Source: the human T2T-CHM13v2.0 reference genome, Homo sapiens. Taken from it: a stretch of 64,000 nt of DNA. Under the pieces are notes generated by a model that saw only the letters and a list, made by a program, of their open reading frames with translations, was not told the origin of the DNA and made no database searches. Location: NCBI RefSeq assembly GCF_009914755.1, contig NC_060942.1. One strand, 5' to 3'. Positions 12,950 through 30,649 of this stretch are shown one piece after another. Each line of letters opens with the position of its first letter. The first letter of the stretch is position 1. A program made the translations under genes and the position numbers.

Positions 12950-13800
12950 GTGCCCCTGCTCTGTGTCCCCAGGCCCCCTAGGTATTTGCTGTACTCTTGG
13001 GATGCTTATCCACTTATATTCCGTTTGTCTGTATTAGACCCTTGGAAGCAGGGGCTGCACCTACTCCAGTGGGCTCAACACATGTTGGAAGGTTTGGGGC
13101 TGCTGGTCTCGGCTCAAGAACAATGATGTGGTGCAGGCATCACTGGGATTCTCTTGGCCTTTCCTTTATTTTTGTCACCTCATGGTGGCATGATCCTGGT
13201 ACCTTATTGTCCTGTCCTCAGTGCCTAACATGGTCCCTGGAACCTGGAGGGTACTCAATAAATTAGGAGTGACCAAAGGCATGAATTCATGATGCCTTGA
13301 CTGCCAACTAAAGCTGGTAAAGAGGGAGATGTTGCCTTTGCCTGTGAGCACAGCCTTCTATAGATGCTGCCTGAGCACAGACCACACACTCAGGAACCTC
13401 CAAGAGGCTCAACATGCGTGCTCTGACATCTCGGTCGTCATGTTGTCCTACCATGCCCTTTGTGTCCCTCAACCGCACCTGTACCATGATACCTCATCTC
13501 CATGTGGTCTGCCCTTGGGTCTCCCATATAGTCACCCTCTGAAAGCTGGTGCCATTCCTGTCCATTCTTGTCATTCTCATACCCTTCTTACAGATGAGAA
13601 ACAATTTCAATATTCTTGTATTCTAGACCAGCAAATTCTTCATTATCCTCTTACAGAGAAAACAACCACAGGCTTCAGCTTGGGGAAAAAATAACTAAAA
13701 AATAAAAGTCTACTTCCATGGTGTCCCACCCCCAACCTTCTCCACCATCCTACAGCCAGCTGCTCAGAACACAGGCCTTTGCCTGAAATCTTGTTTCTTT

Positions 13801-13926
13801 AAAAAGAAAAAAGAAAAAAGAAAAAACAAGAAGAAGGAAGGAAGAGAAAGAGAAAGAAGGGAGTAGAAGAGAAGAAGAAAAGAGAGGAGGAAGAGAAAAA
13901 AGAGGAAGAAAGAAGGAGGAGGAAGA
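13801..13926. repeat. Polypurine (GA-rich) low-complexity tract
   Basis: About 125 bp with only two pyrimidines. Confidence 0.9.
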
Positions 13927-14279
13927 TACTAGAAGAAATCATGCCCCCAGATTCCAAGGATTGATCCAGAGGAGCCCAAATACGTGCCCCCACTTGAATT
14001 TCTTTGGCTACTGGCCCACAGGAGCCAGACGACTCTGCAGGGCAGGAGGCGGAGTCAAAGACAGACTAACTCCCTTACTCCTCTTCCAGGCTTTTCCAGC
14101 AAAATGTAAGCTCCAATCAGTTGTGGATACTGGGCCTTCTCTTCAAAACAGCAACTCACAGAATTCTCCCAGGGGAAGGATGATAGCATAGAGCCTAACA
14201 CATCACCAGATGGCATTTGTCTTCAGGAACAAACATGCTTTCTTTGACCCACAAGGCCTTTTCAACAATGGAATGAGTT

Positions 14280-14750
14280 ACTATGTTAATGAGTTACAGA
14301 ATCACCCATGAGTAACAAACCCCAAATAGGAATGTTTCAATAAGATAAAAATGTATTTCTATCTCACATTAAATCGAGGCAAGTATAGCCCTTCGTGTAC
14401 AGCATCAGGGACCCAGGCCTCTGCTGTCTTGGTAGTCTGCCATTCCTGGTGTGTTCATTCTGTCCATATATTCCAAAATGGTCCCCAGCATGTCTGTACA
14501 ACTGCTAGTAGGACTGGGGGAAGGAAGGCAAGGCTACACCCTTCCTTTTAAGGGCAAGACTCAGGAATGTGCACACATTACTTTCTCTCTCATTCTTTTG
14601 GCCATAATTTAGTCACATGGCAACCATTGGCTGCAAGGGAGACTGGGAAATACAGTCTTTATTCTCAGTGGCCTTGTAGCTCAACTAAAAATTATTTCAC
14701 TCTGGAAGGGAAAGGAAATATTTTTAGGGACAATTTATAGTCCATACTAC
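14280..14750 (-). mobile_element. MLT1J/K-like MaLR LTR
   Basis: CATCAGGGACCCAGGC; TTGGCCATAATTTAGTCACATGGC...GCAAGGGAGACTGGGAAAT. Confidence 0.65.
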
Positions 14751-15439
14751 AATGGGCAAAATATAAAAACTGGTATATTTCATGTAAAAACACAGATTCT
14801 AAACTTCTTTAAGAGTTGGAGGATCTGACAATATTGGGAGATAGTTCTACTGAGTAAGAATCAGCTGGACTGAGGAGAAGCTGAGCCCTTTCCAATTGTG
14901 CAGGTTTCCCCGACTTTCTATCAGGAACCAAGAAGAGAGTGGAACTGAAAGATATCCTCCAGTATCACTTAGGGGCAGCAGAGCATGAAAAGTGATGATC
15001 TGGATGAAATCCATCCCTAAGAGATGAATCCTTTTCTAGCGCCCTCTCCTGCACTGCACACTGTACTCTTACCACCACCCCCACAATCATCACTGTAAGA
15101 ACAGCAGTGTTCAGAATCAACATTAAATCGTAGAATTCTTTCATTCATTTATTCAGCACACATTATCTGAGCACCTGCTATGCACTGGTCCTTGTACAGG
15201 GCCTAAGGAGACAAAGATGAATAAGGCACTGATCTTGTCTTCAAAGAGCTTTTATTTTATTGAAACATTTGGGTTTGTTTTTCTTCTTGTTTTTGGACCC
15301 ACGGGGTATTTTTAAAATTAAATTAGTTACTACATTAATACATGTGTATTAATCCCCCAATGTGAGTGCAACACCATAATAGGAGGTGTCAGGAAGTACT
15401 TATGTAAGAGCCAGTCCCTGCTGACAAACTAGAGGATAA

Positions 15440-15869
<430 letters not shown>

Positions 15870-16159
15870 TCAAATGTGTATTTTCAGTACAGAGGGCAGC
15901 ATGCTGTTTTATGGCTAAGAAACCATGTTTGTTCCACAAACATGTAGCATGTTTCTTCTCTTAAAGAAGACAGAAGAAGACAACATTTCCCAGGCAGTTC
16001 CATTGGTTTCCATTTGTGGCTGAATCATTGTCATTGGTGTTAGATGGTCGAGGCACATCAGTCTGTGGATCACTACATGACAAGCATTTTGGGGCTGGAA
16101 CTTCAATTTTGGCTCTATCATCAGATTAAATCTACATCTGATCCATAAGATTCTTGTGT

Positions 16160-16626
16160 TCTGGGACACACCTGGGCTCACCAGACCAGGTTCCTGACCC
16201 CATGTCCAGGGCACTGAGCCCCATTTCACAGCTGCCTCCTGGAGGGCTTAGTCCTGAATGTGGAAGCAAAAGGCTGATACGGCCAAAGTCTTTACCTTTA
16301 AGGGAATTTGACATAATCAGAACAGAAGTCATTTTCCCCAAGATTTGTCTTTAAAATAGCTGACAGACTTTAGAAAATGACTCAAATAAGAAATGATACT
16401 TCAAGGTACCTAAGAAAAGGTTGTCTTCAACTTCTCCCCAATCTCAAAAGACTGATGTTTGGCCATGAACATCAGTTTGGGACTGGTGGAAGATAAGTTG
16501 CAGCCAAGCAGACTGTTGGCCATGCGGGCAGCTGATGGGCAGACCCCTGTCCAGTGGGGCCTGATGGCAGAGAGGCAGATTCATTGGTGGGAGCAAATGG
16601 TTGCCATGGACACGGCTAGTTTAGTC
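16160..16626 (+). repeat. Left arm of a ~467-bp inverted duplication
   Basis: Ungapped reverse complement of 22967-23432; about 32 mismatches by manual alignment (~93% identity). Confidence 0.95.
16600..16613. promoter_or_regulatory. RFX X-box-like motif (also at 22980-22993)
   Basis: GTTGCCATGGACAC, close to the RFX palindrome GTTGCCATGGCAAC. Identical in both arms. Confidence 0.5.
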
Positions 16627-16799
16627 CATGGCTATCTTTGTGATCTTGGATCTAGTGCAAGAGGAACGATATGGATCAGACCTGTTCTGATTCTCTTGGC
16701 ATGGACTTGCTAAGATGGAAAAATGGCTGCCTCCCTAGTCTTACCCACCCCATCCCTATCTTGTTATTTCCCATGAATCTTCTACTATTCAGTCACTCT

Positions 16800-16960
16800 A
16801 GATAGCAGTTATGGGCACTACTGTGGGGTCACGTGGATCTGAGTTTCAATCTCAGCTTTACAACAAAAGCACTGGGAGACCTTGGAGATACTACTTAATG
16901 TTTCTAAAGTACAGCTGACTTCTCTTTAAAATGAAGATAATGATGATTAACAACATAAGA
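16800..16960 (+). mobile_element. MIR SINE
   Basis: GGATCTGAGTTTCAATCTCAGC...GACCTTGGAGA...TAAAATGAAGATAATG. Confidence 0.6.
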
Positions 16961-17061
16961 TTCTTCAGAAAATCATTCTTTCATGTAACAGATATTTTTG
17001 AGCTCCTATCATGTTCTAGGGGCTATAGTGTTTCGAGTACTGGGAAAACTGTCACAGATTC

Positions 17062-20905
<3,844 letters not shown>

Positions 20906-21259
20906 CTGTCAGATTCCTACTTTCATGCAATGCATAGTCTAGAGGATAAATGAGTGAATGCATGTAAACTGTTAAGCATGGTGCCTGAAATGTGGTTAGA
21001 ATATAATTAAAACTGAAGCTAGCAGAAGTTTTCACTGTGCCCTAGGAACCTCAGACACTTCCTAGGGTTCAGAGAAGGGACCAAGGAGGAAGTCTTATTG
21101 TCCAAAGTCCCAAAGGTAAAGCATCCTGTCCTGTCACTCCCCCTCAGATTCTACTGACTCAATGTGTCACCTTCAAGAGTGTTTGCATCTTCCAAGATGT
21201 CTAGGAGTTGATAACGAACACAGACCAATGATACATACATTTTTAAAGAAAGAAAGAAT

Positions 21260-21557
21260 TCCCTGCACTTTGCAGGGCTGAGATGGGAGGATCTCTTGGG
21301 CCCAGGAGTTTGAGACAAGCCTGGGCAACATGGTGAAACCCCACATTGCAAAAAAAAAAAAAAAAAGTCTACAAAAAGACCCAAAAATTAGCTGGGCATG
21401 GTGGCATGTGCCTCTAGCCCCAACTACTCAGGAGGCAGAAGTAGGAGGATCACTTGAGCCTGGGACATGGAGGCTTCAGTGAGCCATGATTGCACCACTG
21501 CACTCCAGCCTGGGTGACAGAGTCAGGCCCTATCTCAAAAAGAAAAGAAAGAAAGAA
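21260..21557 (+). mobile_element. AluJ
   Basis: GGAGGATCACTTGAGCCTGGG...GAGCCATGATTGCACC; flanked by AAAGAAAGAAAGAAT-like repeats. Confidence 0.85.
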
Positions 21558-21612
21558 TGGATGGATGGATGGACAGATGGATGGACGGACAGATGGACAA
21601 ACAGATGGATGG
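21558..21612. repeat. (GGAT/GGAC)n microsatellite
   Basis: Imperfect tetranucleotide repeat. Confidence 0.8.
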
Positions 21613-22966
21613 AAGCATATGCATAAAACACCAATGATGAAACAGGCACTGAGATATTTGGGGAAGTAAGATATTTGGTGGAAGGAAGCCTCTGCAGTCC
21701 CCTCAGGTCACAATCAGAAAGATACCAACTCCCTCTGCCTTCACTTCATACTGCACCTGCCTTAAAGCCTTCTTATTCCAGAAAGAATACAAGGCAACAT
21801 TCCTCCCTCAGCCATCAGGGAAGTTAGATTGCTCTCTCCATCCTATGACTAACTGGGAAGTCATCCTATGCCTGAATGGGAAGGCAAAGCCAATGTGGTG
21901 CAGCGTTTTCATTGCATTTGGGGCATTTGCATGCTAAATTGGGTCATAAACTATTGAAAATGGAAAAGTACTCAGAAGTTATTCTCCTGACAGACTCCTG
22001 GGCTGCCTCCCCCACATGCTGGTGGGGGGCAGGTGGGAGAGGGGAGGGAGAGTTTTGTTCCAAACACCTCCCCTCTGTGAGGCAAAATGGGGAGAACATG
22101 AATAAATAACATGTGCTTTGAATAGCAATGAAGGGAGAGGAGGAACCCACTTTTACCGGAGGCTCCATATTCTACGGCCCAGGGATTTCCAGGAAAATCA
22201 AACCTGCTTGGCTGGCGTCCCAGGAAAAGAAGTGGGCAGAGGCTTTGCGACCCTCACTCACTCGGCAACAATCAAGGTCAGTATCAGGTAGCAGGGTGCC
22301 AAGTGTGTCTCATTATATTTATGGCAGTACAAGTAGGATAAGTAATAGCCACAGCCCCTGTGGTTTTCTAGTCCTCAGCCACCCTAGCAGGCAGCAAAGA
22401 GGGTCCTGAAAATCAAAACGACCAAACACAACTGATCCAGAAAAGGGAAAACAAGTAGGCCATTGTGTCTCCCCCTGGAGCCTTGGGGTTATTTCTAAGA
22501 CCCCTCTTGTGTGTTTGCTTGGTTTAAGCTTAAATGTTTTCTTTAATATATTAGTTTTATGAGGGCTTCATTGATTATCATAAGATAAATGATGTCACTT
22601 TGAAAAACATTTTCTCTCTTTCATCATTTTAAATAAAGGGGATGATACATCAAATGGAAAAAACTCTCCTTGGGTTTGGGTTCTTTCTGGACCCATATAT
22701 TTTGCAAAATAGATTTTTCAGCTGACTGGAAAGAGACCCAGAATGAGAAAGAAAAATGTAAGGGTTCCCTCTGCTCTTCTTGCCAATTTCCTTGAAGTTG
22801 AAAATCCATCTTGCCTGTACAATGTGGGCTAATTACCATATTGGGTTGCTGTCTCCCAGCTTTCCTGCTTATTTAGCTTCTTGGATGGTCTCCAGACCTG
22901 GCTCAAAAAGGGCCACAAAGGGGTAGAAATGAGCTTTTTCCTGGGCCTTATCCAAGGGGGCTCCAG

Positions 22967-23432
22967 GGCTAAGCTAGCTGTGTCCATGGCAACCATTTGC
23001 TCCCGGCAATGAATCCACCTCTCTGCCATCAGGCCCCACTGGACAGGGGTCTGCCCATCAGCTGCCCGCATGGCCAACAGTCTGCTTGGCTGCCACTCAT
23101 CATCCGCCAGTCCCAAACTGATGTTGATGGCCAAACATCAGCATTTTGAGGTTGGGGAGAAGTTGAAGACAACCTTTCCTTAGGTACCTTGAAGTATAAT
23201 TTCTTATTTGAGTCATTTTCTAAAGCCTGTCAGCTATTTTAAAGACAAATCTTGGTAAAATGACTTCTGTTCTGATTATGTCAAATTCCCTTAAAGGTAA
23301 AGACTTTGGCCATATCAGCCTTTTGCTTTCACATTCAGGACCAGGCCTTTCAGGGGGCAGCTATGACACAGGGGTCAGTGCCCTGGACATGGGGTCAGGA
23401 ACTTGGTCTGGTGAGCCCAGGTGTGTCCCAGA
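22967..23432 (-). repeat. Right arm of the ~467-bp inverted duplication
   Basis: Reverse complement of 16160-16626. Its outer end continues into a MIR-like sequence to ~23470. Confidence 0.95.
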
Positions 23433-23719
23433 TCCACTGCTAACTCGATGTGTAAACTAGACAAGGTATTCTTGCTCCTTGCTTTACAGGGAGCTGTTAG
23501 AAGGACCAAAAGAAGCCATGATCTCTTAGTCACAGATTTTAGAAAATAGACCCTGAGAAAGCAGAACTGGGGGTTGAGTGGGCAGTATCCAGTCTCTAGC
23601 AGTCTTGCGGGTACAAGAAGAGCCCCCTGTTAGGGACAGCTAGCTTCTTCCAGGTGTGAGTCTCATATCCACACTGAAGATGTGCACGCTCAGAAAGAAC
23701 TTAAATGGCAGTTCTGGGA

Positions 23720-24250
23720 ATGTCACTTTCACTGTGTTACTTCCCTGCTCAAAAGCTGCCCACAGTTTCTGATCTATTCTAAGCTCTCTGGTTTAACACC
23801 CAAGGCCTACACAGCAGAGCCCTGGCCTGTCCAACCAGGCTGCTCTCCTACTGCATGAACCCTCCATTCCATTCAGACAGGCTCACTCACTGTCCCCAGG
23901 ACACAGCTTCCTGTGCCTCACTGCTCTCCCAAGAGCCTCTCTTTCTTGGGTTCAGATGCCCTCTCAAACCTCTTTGCTTAAGGTGTCTTCCTTCACCAGC
24001 CCGTCCAACCGGATCTCTTATTCCCCTGAAATGTATCACTTATTACCACTCCCTAGGCAAACATCAGCTGCCCCCATGTTAGAATATTTTGAGCTGTTGT
24101 TCAACTCTTGGATCAAAACTGAAATTTTTCTGAGTTTTTACCTTGTTTCTGCAAGTAGGTTGGGAACTCTTCAGGGGGCAGGAACTTGTCTAATTCATCT
24201 TCGTATCCCCTGGCAGACAGTAGGTGTTCAATCAATGTGTACTGAGTGAT
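23720..24250 (+). mobile_element. L2 3' fragment
   Basis: TGTTACTTCCCTGCTCAAAA...CCTGGCAGACAGTAGGTGTTCAATCAATGT. Confidence 0.6.
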
Positions 24251-24559
24251 CAATATGAAAATCATTCGATCTCCAGAACTTTGTGAAGATCCCCAAAACA
24301 TAAAGAGCACAAAACATTCTCACTCATTGACCTGATGGAGAGCACTCATGTGCTGTAATTATAGGCCTAAAAAAGAACACTGTTCTTCAATTTACTCCAC
24401 CTCCCCCAATGCCCAAAAGGACTCTCAGTCATCCTTATTACTAAGACAATGTGTGTTACAGAATCAGAAAGGTGAATTCCCACAACTAGTCTCACTCCCC
24501 ACCCTCCTCCTTTTCATCTACTCCAACATAGCTGTTCACTTACAACTGGATGTAGCTTA

Positions 24560-24770
24560 AAAATTGCTAACATTTATTGAGTGTCTACCATATACTCAGC
24601 ACTTTTCTTAGCCCTTCCCATGTGCCATCCCTTTGAGATGGGTTCTATTCCTCACTTTAAAGCTTCTGAAAATAGTAGTGACATTGTTGCTCAGAATCAC
24701 ACAGCTGGTTGAAGAATGGCTTGACTCTTCTCGATTTATTCTAAAATCCTGCATTTTAAAACTACTGTAA
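24560..24770 (-). mobile_element. MIR SINE
   Basis: GCTAACATTTATTGAGTG...TCACACAGCTGGT. Confidence 0.55.
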
Positions 24771-25684
24771 ACAAGGCAGATTCTTCATTTGGGGGGATAA
24801 AGACACTCGAGACTGACAGACCTGCAACTTCTACATAGATTCCAGGAGCCAGGATAGATACTTCAATGATAGATACTTCTTTATCCCAAAGAAGAGAAGG
24901 ACATCTAAGCCACCCCATTAATACCCAGGGACAAGCCAGTCAATTTATTTAGGGGGTGCAGCATATGCTTATCCGTGCCACACCATAAGGGTTGAGTGGC
25001 CTGACCGTGTGGCATTGTAGAAAACTCACTATCAACCAACAGAACACACACAGGATTCATGCAAGTACTCATTCATACAGCAAGTTATTTGCTGAGTGTC
25101 TACTATATTCCAGGCACTGTGCTAGGACCTGGGGTGGGGGGGGCAGATAATCAACTCTTGAAACTTGAGCTCTTTACATGGTAAGAAAACATGCAGATGC
25201 ACAGCCACAGAGCTGAATCAAAGAGTGTGCAATCTCTGCAGGAGACTGGATGAGGGAGAAGACCGCTGTGTTTGGGGCAGTCAGCGGAGGCTCCCCCATA
25301 GCCTGCGGGGGCCTGCTGTCGATCCTCACACATTTTCATGCACATTCACATTTGACACCCGCTGCCTCTTCCCACCTCCCCACCTTCTTCTATTCCCCTG
25401 ACAGATTCCACCACGCTCTTTCAAAGAGAAGGGAAATTTGATTGACACCTCAGCTTGGAAGCTCTGGGAGCTGCCACAGAAATATGATAGCAACTCCAAG
25501 TCTTCTGGGGAGAGCAGAAGGTGTGGGCATGAGGAAAAGAAAGGTGGGAGGGAAGAGAGTGGAGAGGGGAGAGAGAACGTGGAAGAGACTGCCTTCCGGG
25601 TACACCTAAGACCTTATCTTTCTTTCTCTGGGTCTCTGGAATATGCACTACCTGGCCATTTCTGGAAACAAACAAACTGAATGC

Positions 25685-25688
<4 letters not shown>

Positions 25689-25722
<34 letters not shown>

Positions 25723-25730
25723 ATACACAC
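25689..25730. repeat. (CA)n microsatellite
   Basis: About 16 perfect CA units plus a degenerate extension. Confidence 0.95.
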
Positions 25731-26054
25731 ATACATGAATGCACAGACTTATATGTACACAAACACATATCAAAGGCTTATGCTTCCCCACTAAGCCAAG
25801 TGTCCTTTATCTTTACCTTGTCCTTCCCACTATACACAACCTAAAATAGTCCAAACCCCAATTGGAGGTAGTCTGGGATCTTATCTGGCTTTAAGCCATC
25901 TGGAAGCCTGCAGGCTTGCCTCAACTCTTGTCTAAGAAGCCATTATGGGAGAAGTTAATTCAGCAGAGCCAAGCTTGTGATAATGGAGGAAAGAATTAAT
26001 CAATCAAAACATTCATATATATTTGATGAAAATAACCTTGAAAGAATGAATAAA

Positions 26055-26250
26055 TGAAGCTATATTGAGGCCCTCCTATATGTCAGACTTGCGCCAAGAG
26101 TGTTTAAAAGTATCACTTATTTTAATTCTCACACTAACTTTATGAGGTAAGTACTATTATCCTCATCTCAACAGCAAAGATCCTGAGGGTCAAAGTGAAT
26201 ATATGACTTTTGAAGACAACACAGAAATGCTATTAAGTGGCCAAACTGGA
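26055..26250 (-). mobile_element. MIR SINE
   Basis: TTTAATTCTCACACTAACTTTATGAGGTAAGTACTATTATCCTCAT. Confidence 0.7.
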
Positions 26251-26585
26251 ATTAAGTGGATTCTCAGTGGAGAATCCACTTAATCCAGCATTTTCAATGC
26301 TTAATTCAGCATTTCATTCTCCATCGAGAATCCATTTAATCCAGCATTTTCAACAGCTGATTGTTAAAACCATGTGTTCTTCTGGATGGTAGGCACGTGG
26401 AGTGGCTTCAAAAGCAGAAGACATGGCCTTTACTGGAGAACTCACAGATGGGTGGAGATAACATGCCCTTCAGATACAATGGGAGCAGAGGGCAAGCAAA
26501 GCCACCCACAACAGAACCTAGGATGAGGCATGTCATAGGGATTCAAGGAAGAGACTTGGCTCCAGCCCAAGGTCTTGACAACGGC

Positions 26586-26881
26586 TTTGAGATGGAGTCT
26601 CACTCTGTCACCCAGGCTGGAATGCAGTGATGTGATCACGGCTCACCGCAGCCTTGACCTCCCCAAGCTCAGGTGATCCTCCTGATCCTTCCACCTCAGC
26701 CTCCCAAGTAGCTGGGACAATAGATGTGTGCTGCCACACCTGGCTAATTTTTCTACTTTTTCGTAGAGGTGGGGTTTTGCCACATTGTCCAGGCTGGTCT
26801 GGAACTCCTGAGCTCAAGAAATCCACTTGCCTCTACATCCCAAAGTGCTGGGATTACAGGTGTGAGCCATGACACCTGGCC
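26586..26881 (-). mobile_element. AluJ
   Basis: GAGATGGAGTCTCAC...GAGCTCAAG...CCTGGCC; poly-A almost absent. Confidence 0.85.
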
Positions 26882-27334
26882 CACGGTGGTTCCTTAACAA
26901 GTACCAGGTTGGTCTGCTGCAGGTCTAGGCAGATGAGATCAATAGAGGAGCAAAATGGAAAGCTCAGAAACAGGCCCAAGAGCAAAATTAATTTACGATA
27001 AAGGTGGCGTTTCAAGTTAGTGAGCACAGGATGATGTAGTAAATAGTTTAAGGGCAACTGGCTAGCTATTTGCTAAAAAGAAAAGCTATATTCTAGCTTT
27101 ATACAGTATATAACAATAAATTCCAAAATAATTAAGACTTTACATGAGAATAATTCTTTAAAAAACTCAAAGAAAATACAGGTAAATATTAGAAAAGCTA
27201 ATCATTTAAAAATCATATTTGCAAAGGAATGTTTACAAATAAAAGAACAGATAAATTCAACTCCATATAAATTTAAAGTTCCAACATATCAAATCAAATA
27301 TCATTAACATTTAAATGGTAAACAACAAACGGGG

Positions 27335-27670
<336 letters not shown>

Positions 27671-27828
27671 AAACGGGGGAAACCATTTGAAACATACATA
27701 GAAGATAGATGTTAGTATTCTTAATATATAGATGCACTTACGTTAAATAAGAAAAGAAGCTTCAATTTTAAATAAAAATTTGCAAATGATGTGAATGAGG
27801 TTACTACCACACAAGAAATGCAAATGGC

Positions 27829-28129
27829 GCCAGGGTGGAGGCTCAGGCCTATAATCCCAGTGCTTTGGGAGATGGGGCAGGAAGATCCCTTGAAGCCAGG
27901 AGTTCGAGATCAGCCTGGTCAACATAATGAGACCCTATCTCTAAAAAAAAAAAAAAAAAAAAAAATAGCCAGTCATAGTGGTGTGTGCCTGTAGTCCCAG
28001 CTACTCAGAAAGCTGAGGCGGGAGGATTGCTTGGGCCCAGGAGTCCAAGGCTGCAGTGAGCTATGATTGTATCACTGTACCCCAGCCTGGGCAACAGAGT
28101 GAGACCTTGTCTATTAAAAAAAAAAAAAA
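27829..28129 (+). mobile_element. AluJ
   Basis: GAGGATTGCTTGGGCCCAGGAGTCCAAGGCTGCAGTGAGCTATGATTG. Confidence 0.88.
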
Positions 28130-28362
28130 TGACCAATATATGCATAAAGCATGCTCAAACTTACTAAATATTTTTAAGTCAAATTAAAATTTTAAATTGG
28201 AAAATGAGTGTTTTTTAATATTTTATATTTTGGATATTAAATACATTTTCTTAGTTCCAAAATAATAAAAAAAAAAAACCAGCAAAGAATTCAGTGAACA
28301 ATTTTCTCCCATCCTGTCCCCCACGTGCATAGGACTCACCACACCTTAAACAGGTAACCGCT

Positions 28363-28687
28363 TGTTTTAGTCCATTCTCATGCTGCTGTAAGAACAGCAT
28401 GGCTGGGAAGGCCTCAGGAAACTTACAAACATGGTGCAAGAAGCAGCAAACACATCCTTCTTCATATGGCAGCAGGAAGAAGCAGTGCCAAGCAAAGAGG
28501 GGAAAGCCCTTTATAAAACCATCAGATCTTGTGACAATTCACTCACTGTCATGAGAACAGCAGCATGGGGGTAGCCACCCTCATGACTGAATTATCTCCC
28601 ACCAGGTCCCTCCCACAACATGTGGGGATTATATGGCAACTACAATTCAAGGAGAGATTTGGGTAGGGACACAGCCAAACCATATCA
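28363..28687 (-). mobile_element. THE1 (THE1D-like) MaLR solo LTR with internal deletion
   Basis: TTAGTCCATTCTCATGCTGCT...GAGATTTGGGTAGGGACACAGCCAAACCATATCA, inserted in an L1M relic. Confidence 0.85.
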
Positions 28688-28689
28688 CT

Positions 28690-29360
28690 GTTGTTAGTAA
28701 TGATCCATGTATACTTCCAGAGGTTCTTTTCATATATACAAGCAAATACCAGATGCATTATTATTTTTATTTTAATCTCTTTAAAATAAACTATAGCATA
28801 GTATACATAAAGTTTCATAACTTGCTTTTTCCTTCTACCAATATATATTACAGAACTTTTCATATGGGTGTTTTAAGAGCTTTCTCCTTATTTATCACTA
28901 AATAATTTTTCATTGTATAGATGTATGATAATTTACTTAGATGGTTTCCAATGTTTTTCCTCTTATAAACAATGCTGCAATGAATAACCTTGAATATACA
29001 TCATTTCTCAATTATGCCAGGGTATCTGTAAAACGAATTCCGGGAAGTGAAATTACTGGGACCAAGGCTGTATGCATTTTTAATTCTGAAAGCTACTGCC
29101 AAATTGCCTTCTACAAGGGTTTCATCAATTTACATATCCAACCAAAATGTACAAGTGTGCTTGCTTCTCCACAGCCTTGCCAATAGAGTGTGTTATCAGG
29201 CTTATGGAATTTACCGAACCAATGAGTGAAAAGTGGTACCTTAGGATAGTTTCAATTTACATTTCTTCAATTACAAGTGAATCTGGGCATCTTTCCATAT
29301 ATCAAACAGCCATTTTTATTTCCTTTCCTATGAAGCATATGCTTAGGTTATTCAAATAGT
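28690..29360 (-). mobile_element. L1ME-like fragment
   Basis: ATAAACAATGCTGCAATGAATAACCTTG; CTACTGCCAAATTGCC; TTCAATTTACATTTCTT. Confidence 0.65.
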
Positions 29361-29416
29361 CCCCATTTTTTTCTTTAAAGAAAAATATCTAGGGAAAATA
29401 AGAATACAAGGACTCG

Positions 29417-29855
<439 letters not shown>

Positions 29856-30597
29856 TCATCATAAGAAAGGAATCAGAGATATAGAAAAATGCGTATGTGT
29901 TAGGATATTCATTAAAACATTGTTTATAATGTCAAACAACTAGACTCTGTGCCTCTCTGGATTCTCCTGTTGCCTCAATATGGTGCCTCAATAGCCAAGA
30001 GAATCTGTATTTGCTAACAGTTTTACATAAGAGCCAATGTTGGCAACTGAGTGAGTCAGCCTCTCTGACTCCCAATCCCAAATTCCTGGGAGAGGGAATA
30101 TCATCATCTCAGGAGGATTCCAGGGCCAGCTTTTGGTCTAGAAAATTGCAGTCTCTTGGGGGAAAGGGTGCCACACATGGTGACATTTGAAGAAGAGACA
30201 CTTTTTGTCTAGCAGCCCTGAAAATAGAGCAGTGCCCTGGCTGTTAGGGTTTGGAGCATCCGATGTGTGCATGTATTTGTTTTTCTATCTAAGTTCCTGC
30301 CAGGACCTCAGGGCTGGTAAGAGGGATCCAGACCCCAGAAGTTTAAGACAGCAAAGTTTGTCCAATGGGCTATAGACTTTGTCATATTACAACTACTATT
30401 TCTTCAATTCGTTGGCATTTAAAAAAAAAGCTTATAAAACTAAGCCGTAATTTCTGTGATTTTAGTGTTTGAAATGGCAGCCTCTTATAAAGAGGAAAGA
30501 AGACATCTCCTCTAAACCACAGTATACATACTTGCATACTTGCAGAGAAAGAGCATTTTTCTGATATTTTGAGAGCACTTTGAGCCTGCAAAACTTC

Positions 30598-30601
<4 letters not shown>

Positions 30602-30634
<33 letters not shown>

Positions 30635-30649
30635 CTCTGTGTGTGTGTG
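30602..30649. repeat. Compound (TC)n(TG)n microsatellite
   Basis: Directly visible in the sequence. Confidence 0.9.
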
